Shown here: positions 33,629 through 42,086 of the stretch, in pieces
How the letters are laid out: the number at the start of each line of letters is the position of its first letter
How positions within the stretch are numbered: position 1 is the stretch's first letter
DNA from: an uncultured Acidobacteriota bacterium
GTDB taxonomy: Bacteria > Acidobacteriota > UBA6911 > RPQK01 > JAPXNP01
Assembly: GCA_963777605.1 (NCBI GenBank)
Contig: CAVZRV010000025.1
Span: forward strand, 1 to 44,141
DNA length: 44,141 bases
Reading direction: 5' to 3'
Notes under the pieces: generated by a model
Seen by the model: the letters and a program-made list of their open reading frames with translations, nothing else
Database searches by the model: none
What the model was told of the DNA's origin: nothing
Made by a program: the position numbers and the translations under genes

Positions 33629-34546
33629 ATGAATAACGAGTCGTCGCGTCGAGATTTCCTCAAAGCTTCCGGGGCCGCGGTCGCAAGCGCCGGAATGATC
33701 CGTTCCCTGGCCGGCGCCCCGGCAACGGCTGCCATCCCGAAAAAAGCCAAGCTGACCAAGGGCGTGGTGTGGGGCATGCTGCCCGAAAAGCTCAGCTACG
33801 ACGAGCGCCTCAGCCTCGCCGCAGATGCGGGCTTCGGGGTGGTCGAAGGGTATACCGTTGAGGGACCGGGTGAAGCGGAGAAGATCAAGGCCGCGGCGGA
33901 GAAGGCCGGCATCCGCATTACATCTGTGATGAACCAGGCCCACTGGCCCTACCCCCTCTCGAGCGGAGATCCCGAGGTCGTCAAAAAGAGCCTCGAGGGG
34001 ATGCGCACCTCGCTGCGCAACGCCTCCCTGTGGGGCGCCGATGCCGTGTTGCTGGTCCCTGCCGTGGTCGATGCGGCGACTCCCTACCGCACCGCCTACG
34101 AGAGGTCGCAGAAACAGATCCGGGAACTGATTCCCCTGGCGGAGGAACTCAAGGTGGTCATCGCGGTCGAGGAGGTCTGGAACAAGTTCCTGCTCAGCCC
34201 GATGGAATTCGCCAACTACGTTGACGAGTTCAAGAGCCCCTGGGTCCGAGCCTACTTCGACGTCGGGAACGTGGTCATCTTTGGCTACCCGCAGGACTGG
34301 ATCCGCACGTTGGGCCACCGAATCAAGAAGGTTCACCTTAAAGACTTCAAAGTGATGACCACCGGGTTCAGCCCCTTCAGCACGGAGTTCGTCAACCTTG
34401 GCGACGGCGATATCGACTGGCCCGAAGTCCGCAAGGCCCTGGACGAAATCGGCTACGAAGGCACCGTGATCGCCGAACTCGACGCGGGCGACCTCGCCTA
34501 CCTGACCGACGTCCGCAAGCGGATCGACCGCCTGCTGATGATTTAG
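33629..34546 (+). CDS. Tat-exported sugar-phosphate isomerase/epimerase (AP endonuclease 2 TIM barrel)
   Basis: SRRDFLK Tat motif; EEVWNKFLLSP, YFDVGN, VHLKD. Confidence 0.9.
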   Translation: MNNESSRRDFLKASGAAVASAGMIRSLAGAPATAAIPKKAKLTKGVVWGMLPEKLSYDERLSLAADAGFGVVEGYTVEGPGEAEKIKAAAEKAGIRITSVMNQAHWPYPLSSGDPEVVKKSLEGMRTSLRNASLWGADAVLLVPAVVDAATPYRTAYERSQKQIRELIPLAEELKVVIAVEEVWNKFLLSPMEFANYVDEFKSPWVRAYFDVGNVVIFGYPQDWIRTLGHRIKKVHLKDFKVMTTGFSPFSTEFVNLGDGDIDWPEVRKALDEIGYEGTVIAELDAGDLAYLTDVRKRIDRLLMI

Positions 34547-34851
34547 CAGTTTGTGGTAAACCCGAGATTACGAGGGTCGTCGAATACACCGAGGCAGGCA
34601 CCCTCGTCGGGCCTGCGTTTGCGGATGCAGCGCCGTTCAACGTTCCGCGTTTGACTCTCCGGAGCCGTGGGGCCGATGCTTGCCCTTAATTCAGTTTTTG
34701 GGTGCCGATATCCGGGAATCGAGGCTTTGATCACGAGACACCCTCGGGGACGGTTGTCCTACGCTGTTGAGGGTGGTTCCGTGCCACGATTCATGATGTG
34801 GAGGCTCCGATCGCCAGTTGCTCGAGAGAAACGATTTCATGGTAGTCGGCT

Positions 34852-37188
34852 TCACCGACCGGCATTTTTGGATTGTGCGATTTCCTCGTGGACGCCGGGG
34901 GAGGCGAGATAGCCCCCCATCTGCTTATAGACCTGCTCAATGCTGGGTTCGAGGCCCATCTTCTCGTAGATGTTTTCAATCCGCGGATGAGTGAAATATT
35001 TGGCGGCAAAGATGTTTGCGCGTAAGTGGACAAGTTGTGTGTCGTGTGAGTTAAAGGCTCTTTCCAGCCAGGCTATCCCTTCGTTCACTTCGCCCAGGAA
35101 GAGATAGATAAGGGCGATCTGGGCTGGAGAATAACTTTCTTTCGCGGGAGGATCGATGAGGTCACTCAGCAACAGGGAGGCTTCTCCCTTTCTCCCGGCA
35201 GCGGCATAACCCCAACCCAGCAGGGGCTTCGCCCAGGCCCATTTCTCGAGTATCTCGATCGTCTCATCCAGTCTCCCCTGCCCCTGCAGTGCAAACGCCA
35301 GTAGCGATTTTGCATAACGGTTCAGGGGATCCATTTCAATGGTGGATTCAAAATGCTCGATTGCCTCATCGAAATGGGCCATGCAAAGCAGCACCCAGCC
35401 GAGATTGACACTGGCAAAAACCGAAAGAGGATCTACGTGCAGTGCAGCCCTCGCCTCCCTCAGAGCTTCGCCCCAGCGCGCCAGGGGCACAAGGCACCAG
35501 CTATAGAACACATGGGCATCTGCGTAGTTCGCGTTCAGCTTGATGGCCCGCTGAAACGCCCGCTCTGCACTCGCCCACTCCCAGTCGTAAAATCGCACGA
35601 ATCCATATGAGGTGTGGGCTTCCGGGAGATTGTAGTCGAGCTTCAGCGCTTCCTCCGCAGTACTCTTCGCTTTTGCAAATGCCTCCTCTTCGCTCAAATA
35701 TCCGAAATGGCCGGCATCCGCATAACAGGTCGACAGGCCGGCCAGCGCGGGAGCATAAGAAGGATCTTCTTGAATCGCCTGTCTGAAGCAGCGGATCGCC
35801 TTTTCGAGGTCCTCGGCAGACATCTTCTTCTGAAAGTAACGCCCTTTCAGATAGGAGTTGTAAGCATCCAAGGACCTTGGTCTCCCCCTTCCCGGGTGCC
35901 TGCGTTCTCTGACCGTGAAACCTGTCTCGAGGGCCGAGGCAATTTCGCCAGTGACCTCGGCCTGAACGGCGAACAAGTCCTCAAACTGACGATCGAAGAT
36001 CTCCGCCCAGATCTGGCGCTCCGAGGCCACTTCCACAAGACTGCAAACGATGCGTAAATGATTCCCTTCCCGTCGGATACTCCCTTCCAGGACTGCGTCC
36101 ACCCCAAGCTCGACTCCGATCGTTCGCAGATCTTTGTGACTTCCTTTGTAACGCATCATCGAGGCCCGGGAAATCACACGAAGCCCCGAGGCCTGGGACA
36201 GGCGGGTGATAATCTCTTCCGTAATACCGTCAGAGAAATACTCGTTTTCCGGGTCAGTACTTAGATTTCGAAAAGGGAGGACGGCCAGAGAACGCAACTC
36301 CGATTCTCCCAAGGCGATGCTCGACCACTGCTCCGCGATTCTGACAAAATGGTCCAGAACCACCTCAACGGAACCATACCGCCGCGTCTTCTCCTTTGAC
36401 AGCATCATCGAGATCGTTGCCTCGAGCTCAGGCGAGCAGTTGGGAGCGTACATGCGAAGCGGGTCCTGGGCGGTTTCACGGATGGCGATGAGGGTCTCAA
36501 GGGCGTTTGCGCGGCGGAACGGATGGATGCCGGCGATCATTTCGTAAAGAATTATGCCAAAGGAGAAAATGTCGCTGCGCGCATCCAGAGGATCCCCAGC
36601 AAGCTGCTCCGGAGACATGTACGCGAGCGTTCCCCTGAGCACTGGAATGGAATCTTCAGTTTCAGCGTCATCCACGACTCGAGGGATACGCATAGCAAGT
36701 CCGAAATCGAGCACCTTTATGTGGCCTTCGGGGGTGAAGGCCAGGTTTGCGGGTTTCAGATCCCGATGAATAATGCCTCTCTCGTGTGCTTTTGCCAGAG
36801 CCTCGGCAATCTCAATTCCAGTCCTGAGGGCTTGTTTGATCGACAGCGGACCTTCTTTGAGTCGATCTTTGAGAGTCCTGCCCTCAACGAACTCCATCCC
36901 TATGAATGGGTTCTTCTGGTAATTTCCGACGCTGTAGACCTTACAGATAAAGGGGTGGTCCAATGCAGCCGCCAGCCTGGCTTCAGACAGAATCCTGTCC
37001 CAGGCTTTCTTGGTATCAAACTCGCCTGCAGCAAAGAATTTCAATGCGGCGCGCCGGCCCAGCGTCGTGTCCTCGGCAAGATAGACACTCCCCCCTCCCC
37101 CTTTCCCGATTTTCTCCAAAATCAGGTACTGGTCTACCTGCTGCCCGATCAGAGCTTCATCAGTAATTACAGCGCCACGTTTCTCCAC
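34852..37188 (-). CDS. Cytoplasmic Ser/Thr kinase - TolB-N-like domain - TPR repeats
   Basis: [34 protein letters not shown]; SLAVLPFRNLS.DPENEYFSDGITEEII; TPR-like helices; no TM. The GTG overlaps the precursor stop (TAGTG). Confidence 0.9.
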   Translation of the reverse strand: MEKRGAVITDEALIGQQVDQYLILEKIGKGGGGSVYLAEDTTLGRRAALKFFAAGEFDTKKAWDRILSEARLAAALDHPFICKVYSVGNYQKNPFIGMEFVEGRTLKDRLKEGPLSIKQALRTGIEIAEALAKAHERGIIHRDLKPANLAFTPEGHIKVLDFGLAMRIPRVVDDAETEDSIPVLRGTLAYMSPEQLAGDPLDARSDIFSFGIILYEMIAGIHPFRRANALETLIAIRETAQDPLRMYAPNCSPELEATISMMLSKEKTRRYGSVEVVLDHFVRIAEQWSSIALGESELRSLAVLPFRNLSTDPENEYFSDGITEEIITRLSQASGLRVISRASMMRYKGSHKDLRTIGVELGVDAVLEGSIRREGNHLRIVCSLVEVASERQIWAEIFDRQFEDLFAVQAEVTGEIASALETGFTVRERRHPGRGRPRSLDAYNSYLKGRYFQKKMSAEDLEKAIRCFRQAIQEDPSYAPALAGLSTCYADAGHFGYLSEEEAFAKAKSTAEEALKLDYNLPEAHTSYGFVRFYDWEWASAERAFQRAIKLNANYADAHVFYSWCLVPLARWGEALREARAALHVDPLSVFASVNLGWVLLCMAHFDEAIEHFESTIEMDPLNRYAKSLLAFALQGQGRLDETIEILEKWAWAKPLLGWGYAAAGRKGEASLLLSDLIDPPAKESYSPAQIALIYLFLGEVNEGIAWLERAFNSHDTQLVHLRANIFAAKYFTHPRIENIYEKMGLEPSIEQVYKQMGGYLASPGVHEEIAQSKNAGR

Positions 37189-37433
37189 TAACGACGTGGT
37201 GACTCAGAGAATGAAAAGCGAACGAGCGGCACCGCATACGTGTCAGCGCCCTCTTTGTACTTCTCCCCGAGTCTCTCCATGAGAGCATCTCGCAATTCGT
37301 CCGTAGTGAATTTCCCTTCGGACACCGAATTGATGAAAGATTCGTCGTCAAGATCTGTTTTCAATTTCCTGGAAACCTCCTTGGACTTGCCGAAAACATC
37401 ATCAAGAAACTTGCGAGCTTCCTGGTCGCTCAT
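37188..37433 (-). CDS. Putative RiPP precursor peptide, 81 aa, Nif11-like leader
   Basis: ATG 37433 lies 6 nt after GAGAGGAG. Sequence MSDQEARKFLDDV...EGKFTTDELRDAL..EGA-DTYAVPLVRFSFSESPRR. Directly downstream of the YcaO gene. Confidence 0.7.
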   Translation of the reverse strand: MSDQEARKFLDDVFGKSKEVSRKLKTDLDDESFINSVSEGKFTTDELRDALMERLGEKYKEGADTYAVPLVRFSFSESPRR

Positions 37434-37534
37434 TGCATACTCCTCTCTTGAAAGGCCTCCCGGCATCGCGAACGAGCGAGAAACCCGGGGGCAATTACTG
37501 CACAATACGCGCGACAAGTTACTGGTTATTCTTG

Positions 37535-37563
37535 ATCTTACGCCGACCAACAGCCGTCGGCAA
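37535..37563 (-). promoter_or_regulatory. sigma70-like promoter for the precursor-kinase transcript
   Basis: Minus strand TTGCCG-N17-TAAGAT, starting right after the YcaO stop and overlapping a GCCGAC/GTCGGC hairpin. Confidence 0.5.
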
Positions 37564-39774
37564 CTACAACGACAGCCAGGCCGGATTCAGCTCCTCTTCC
37601 AGAACCGGCTCACCTATCCAGCCCATCCGAACCGGCACATCGTACAACCGACCCGGAGCGAACCGGGGCCACCAGGGACGAAGAGACGGAATCAAGACCT
37701 TGACCACGGGTAGTCCGACTTCGTCGCGGGTCTGATCCAGCAAGAGAACCTCCAGGCCGTGCTGTTCTGCAACTCGAAGGCACTGATCAAGATCGGATGC
37801 CTCGCTCGGGGAAAAGTCGGCCGCCGTCTTAGCCGGAACATCCTCCGCTGGCCGAAGCCAGCAATCGTCGATCTCAGATCCTCCAGGGAGGCCGGTCAGT
37901 GAGATTGTATTTCCTCCATCAAGCACGAAGGGCATCAACTGGGTCATCTCCAGGAGGGCTCGCCTGATGGCATCTGACATATTGAAGCTGGCTCCGAAGC
38001 CGAGAGTCAGACCAGACAGATCGCCGTTTTCGGGTCGCGATAGAGCCACACAGGTTGGGATTTCGAAATCGGAGGAAATCTCGAGAACCGCAATTTCACG
38101 TCCCCGGGATCTGTAGTAGCGATGGACCTTTTCAAAGAAGGGCAAGTCGAATGAGTCAAGGTTGATTCCTGCCCTGGGGATTCGATTGTACCACCATATG
38201 GCAGCACAGTCTCTTTCGACCAGTTCGAGGAACCCGCGCACGATCGCATCTTCGAGACTGTTTCCGGCAGCATTTCCGTTCGAATCCGCCTTGCAGAATC
38301 GAGTTGCAGTGGGATCAGGGTAGCCGTAATAACAAAACGCGGTTGGGAGGTACCTCTCCCGATCCTCCGTCAGCGAGCGAACGGCAGTCCACTCGATCTT
38401 CGCACCTTTCTCAAGGGGTTCAGGTATCCAGGGAAGGTTCGAATCGGCACCCTCGGCATACCGCCGATTGGACATCTGTCGGTCACTGAAGAGCATCAAC
38501 AGATTGGGGTGCAGGGCCGTCGGCCCGAGTTCGCCAAATGTTGCTCGTCGCCGAGTCTCAGTTCCCTGGAACACCCCAGAGTAACGCTCGACCGACTCGC
38601 ACAGGACGCAGGTTTTGGCTTCCAGGCGAGATGTCCCCCGGCCGGCACACCAGAACATCGGGAATGACTCCGGAAGCCAATCGGGACGTTCAATCATGCC
38701 GAACCGCTCTCCGGTCGCGTAAACGTATAACGGGATCTCATCCGCCTCGAAGACCGGATTGATGCTCCCGACGATTCCAGTGATCGGGCTGACGTACTTT
38801 TCAAGTCGTTCGAAGGTATCCTCAAACACCACATCCCGCGTATTGCATCCTTTCGCTAACTCGGAATTGCCAGCCCCAAGCGTCGCCCGGAATCCAGCAA
38901 GCGGTTTTTCATGGACATCTCGCCGGCCGCATTCGGGGCAATGCTGAAACCTGGGAACCGCGTGCTCGGTCAGCTCCCTGGAGGCGCCGTCGAGCACGTA
39001 GATCCGGTCTTCCAGGTCCCGGAAGTCAGGATCAGCAACCCATCGGAACAGACTAAGGGCCGCCAGATTCATTCCCGCCGCGCTCAGAGAGTTGATGTCT
39101 GGGCGGCAAGTGGGCCTGTGAATGACCGAGGAACCCACCAGGGAAGAGAGGTGATCGGACCAGAGGTTGGCTCTCAAACGCCGAGCAAGACAGTGCCAGC
39201 AACCGGTTCGACCGGGGACCAAGAGCGGCCCCCACCAAAAGGACGCCCCGTTCGGTTTGGCCAGCATCCAGGGTCGTGATGACTGCAGCGCCTCCCGGTT
39301 GAACTGTTCGAGGTCTTTCTGAAGATAGTCCTCAACCGCGACTACCTTGATCCCGCCGGCATCTCCCAGACACAACCCAAGAGATTTCATGGCCGCCTCA
39401 AAACCGTCAATGCAAACCTTGCCCAGCGCCGTCAGGCAAACGGGGGACTCAGCCAGTCTTTCGCCTGAGCCCTCGATATCCAGGTTGAGCGAGTCGACAA
39501 CTCCCTCGAGCCTGGTAGAGTCCGATTCGATTGTCCCAACAAGCAGGCCTGCCTCGCGCAGACAGAACAACCCGAACCGGACCGAGCCTGGAGACAAGAC
39601 CCCATCGAGCCTTTCAGCGATCTCCGCTGCACTGCTTCTTCCATCTACATTAGGCGCCAAAAGGGCGAAAAGACGGCCATTCAGGACGAGACAGCGTTGG
39701 TCGGTGGCAAACAGAACTGTTTCTTCCCCGACAACCTCGACCCTGAGATGGTGGCGAAATCTCGGGACAAGCAT
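37564..39774 (-). CDS. Fused RRE - E1-like - YcaO cyclodehydratase (TOMM type)
   Basis: Likely ATG 39774. PWMLAKP..WWGPLLVPGRTGCWHCL, CPECG. YcaO motifs GRGTS..EAKTCVLCESVERYSG, DSNGNAAG.SLEDAIVRGFLELVERD and RFAPGRLYDVPV. Confidence 0.92.
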   Translation of the reverse strand: MLVPRFRHHLRVEVVGEETVLFATDQRCLVLNGRLFALLAPNVDGRSSAAEIAERLDGVLSPGSVRFGLFCLREAGLLVGTIESDSTRLEGVVDSLNLDIEGSGERLAESPVCLTALGKVCIDGFEAAMKSLGLCLGDAGGIKVVAVEDYLQKDLEQFNREALQSSRPWMLAKPNGASFWWGPLLVPGRTGCWHCLARRLRANLWSDHLSSLVGSSVIHRPTCRPDINSLSAAGMNLAALSLFRWVADPDFRDLEDRIYVLDGASRELTEHAVPRFQHCPECGRRDVHEKPLAGFRATLGAGNSELAKGCNTRDVVFEDTFERLEKYVSPITGIVGSINPVFEADEIPLYVYATGERFGMIERPDWLPESFPMFWCAGRGTSRLEAKTCVLCESVERYSGVFQGTETRRRATFGELGPTALHPNLLMLFSDRQMSNRRYAEGADSNLPWIPEPLEKGAKIEWTAVRSLTEDRERYLPTAFCYYGYPDPTATRFCKADSNGNAAGNSLEDAIVRGFLELVERDCAAIWWYNRIPRAGINLDSFDLPFFEKVHRYYRSRGREIAVLEISSDFEIPTCVALSRPENGDLSGLTLGFGASFNMSDAIRRALLEMTQLMPFVLDGGNTISLTGLPGGSEIDDCWLRPAEDVPAKTAADFSPSEASDLDQCLRVAEQHGLEVLLLDQTRDEVGLPVVKVLIPSLRPWWPRFAPGRLYDVPVRMGWIGEPVLEEELNPAWLSL

Positions 39775-39875
39775 CAATCCCCTGTTCCTGGTCCACCTCA
39801 AACCGCGCGTGCCTTGAAGGCAAGGACCACATTGAACGCCGAGCACATCCTTAACGAACGCCTGTTCTCGAACGC

Positions 39876-41042
39876 TTAGTATCGGGCCACGACCTCGCTG
39901 AAATAGCGCTCAAATTCGTCGATGTGAATACCTGCATGGAAATCGAGCGCCGCCCTGCGCGAAGCCCTTGAAAGAGTCTCGTACTCCTCCCGGCTGCAGA
40001 CCAGTTTCTTGAGCGCCGATATCCAAGGGGCTAAATCCTGCCTGGGAACTTTCGGATTTACAGAGACTTTCCCAGCTTCGATTCCCAACTCCCACTCGCA
40101 AATGGCATTAACGGGAATTACGAAATCAGTTCCCAATTTGGCCTCGGGAAGACCTCCAACTCGGCTGGCGATGACCGGGATGCCTCTCAGCATCGCCTCA
40201 ATGACAATCACGGGAAAAGCTTCCTGCCACAGAGAGGGAGCCAGGAGGATACGAGTACGATCGAGGATCGTGTCGATGTCGGGGTGAGGCTCGATCATCC
40301 TGATGTTCGGAACCGTTCTGATTGCCGCGACCGCCGAGTCGGAAGTTGCCCAGGAGCGGACCGCCCCAAACTCAACATCAGGGAACGCTTTCGCTAACTC
40401 GACGAATATTGTGAGCCCTTTGATCTCCGATGGATTGACCATCAATACGAGACCCCGTTCGAAGGAACTGAAGTCTGGAAACGGGCCGCCACCATACCCC
40501 GGGAAAGGCAGGGCTACCGACTCGATCCCTCCGTATGTCCATAGGTAGTTTCGAAGGAATTGACAGACTACGACAGCCCCTCCCGCCGTCTTCATCAACT
40601 CCAAGGCCCGATTGTCGGGGAATACCGAAAACGGCCCGAAGGGGAGCACCTCGGTGCAATGAACGGCGACGACGCATCTCTTGCGGTAGTCGTCGGGGAG
40701 AGACGCCATATTCCGATACGTCTGCGATTCGCTGAACAGAATCACATCCGGACGAAAACGCAGGACGGTTGCCCTTGCGACTGCGCCATAGTCTTCGATT
40801 CGGCGGCAGGCAACAACCTGCGTGCCATTATCTTCCAGACAAAGGCAGTTCTCGTCTTCGTCAACCAGTCTGCAAGTCGGATTCGACGGGGGGTCTTCGC
40901 ACTGGCCTTCGGGACCAATCAATGAAACCGCCGCTCGCACTCGCCATCCCCTCTCGCCAAGGAGGTGGGCGAGACACCGATTGATCTTGACGCCCGCGTT
41001 CCAGCTGAAATAGGCTCTGTCCTGAAGAAAGACAATTCGCAC
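39876..41042 (-). CDS. GT-B (GT4-like) glycosyltransferase
   Basis: MRIVFL start; VNPSEIKG; PSLWQEAFPVIVIEAMLRGIPVIASRVGGLPEA (E-x7-E). Confidence 0.88.
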   Translation of the reverse strand: MRIVFLQDRAYFSWNAGVKINRCLAHLLGERGWRVRAAVSLIGPEGQCEDPPSNPTCRLVDEDENCLCLEDNGTQVVACRRIEDYGAVARATVLRFRPDVILFSESQTYRNMASLPDDYRKRCVVAVHCTEVLPFGPFSVFPDNRALELMKTAGGAVVVCQFLRNYLWTYGGIESVALPFPGYGGGPFPDFSSFERGLVLMVNPSEIKGLTIFVELAKAFPDVEFGAVRSWATSDSAVAAIRTVPNIRMIEPHPDIDTILDRTRILLAPSLWQEAFPVIVIEAMLRGIPVIASRVGGLPEAKLGTDFVIPVNAICEWELGIEAGKVSVNPKVPRQDLAPWISALKKLVCSREEYETLSRASRRAALDFHAGIHIDEFERYFSEVVARY

Positions 41043-41106
41043 TGGCTTTGGCTCAGTCTATCACCCGACCGGGGTGATCCCAAGACTGGATTTCGAGGGC
41101 TTTTCC

Positions 41107-42075
41107 ATGAATGCCCATTCGGTCCTCATCTGCGGAACCAACTATGGTCGGACCTATCTCGAGGCTGCGCAATTGAGGCCCGACACCTACATTGTCCGAG
41201 GGATACTCGCCCGGGGCAGTGAACGTTCGACAACCCTCGCCGGAGAGTCGAGGTTGCCGCTGTACACGAGCGTTAGTCAAGTGCCCGACTTCATCGATAT
41301 TGCCTGCGTCGTGGTGGGTTCCTCAGTGGAGGGAGTCGTGACTGGACTCCTCAACCGGGGCATCCATATTCTCGCGGAACACCCCCAGAGACCAGAAACC
41401 CTTAAGCTCGATCTGGACAAGGCAGCCAAGCAGAATCTCTGTCTTCACGTCAATCCGCATTTCAGCGACTTGACTGCCCCAGTTGCCTTTATTCGGCACT
41501 GCGGTGAGAGACTGCAGGAGTCAGAACCTCGAATGATTCAAGTCATTGCTGCTGACCGCGCCTTGTATGGAACGCTGGACCTGATCCACCAGTCCTTCGG
41601 CTCCTTATCCACCCTGCGCTTGGATGGTGTCGATACGAAGGGTGAATTCATCGTGATCGACGGAACCTTCGGTCGTTCCAGTCTGTCGCTGTGGCTCCAG
41701 TCTGCCCGAGACGGCAACCATCGGATCCCTGACGGAAGTTCCCGGTATTCTGTCGATATGAGAGTCGCAATTGTCTTCGGCACAGGAACACTGAGCCTGT
41801 TGTCGCTTGCAGGTCCAGTCATCTGGAACGACAACTTACTCCAGTCGACGGACTCGACGAAGCCAATATGGGACCGCGTCTATGAAGCGGTCGAGACTCG
41901 TGTTGCATTGTATGAGCAAAGGATCAGGGCAAATGTCGTTGCCTTGGATCGTCTGCGCAGGCAAATTGAAACTGGCTGTGTCCCACCGAGCCAGTCACCT
42001 GGAGTTCTGCTTGAAATCAGCCAGGTATGGGAAGACGTCTCCTCAAAGATCAACTGTGCCGAAGTTCACGATTAG
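41107..42075 (+). CDS. Gfo/Idh/MocA oxidoreductase of the thiazolinyl imide reductase (Irp3/PchG) type
   Basis: VLICGTNYGRTYL..GILARGSERS..LA...LPLYTS...DIACVVV...RGIHILAEHP follows the Irp3/PchG N-terminal pattern as I recall it; C-terminal GTLSL..GPVIW. Start is ATG 41107 or GTG 41074. Confidence 0.8.
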   Translation: MNAHSVLICGTNYGRTYLEAAQLRPDTYIVRGILARGSERSTTLAGESRLPLYTSVSQVPDFIDIACVVVGSSVEGVVTGLLNRGIHILAEHPQRPETLKLDLDKAAKQNLCLHVNPHFSDLTAPVAFIRHCGERLQESEPRMIQVIAADRALYGTLDLIHQSFGSLSTLRLDGVDTKGEFIVIDGTFGRSSLSLWLQSARDGNHRIPDGSSRYSVDMRVAIVFGTGTLSLLSLAGPVIWNDNLLQSTDSTKPIWDRVYEAVETRVALYEQRIRANVVALDRLRRQIETGCVPPSQSPGVLLEISQVWEDVSSKINCAEVHD

Positions 42076-42086
42076 CGAGATACCGA

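Noticed and set aside
41074-42075. Siderophore NRPS cluster implied by the Irp3/PchG-like gene
   Set aside because: No adenylation, PCP, Cy, salicylate synthase or TonB receptor genes in the window.
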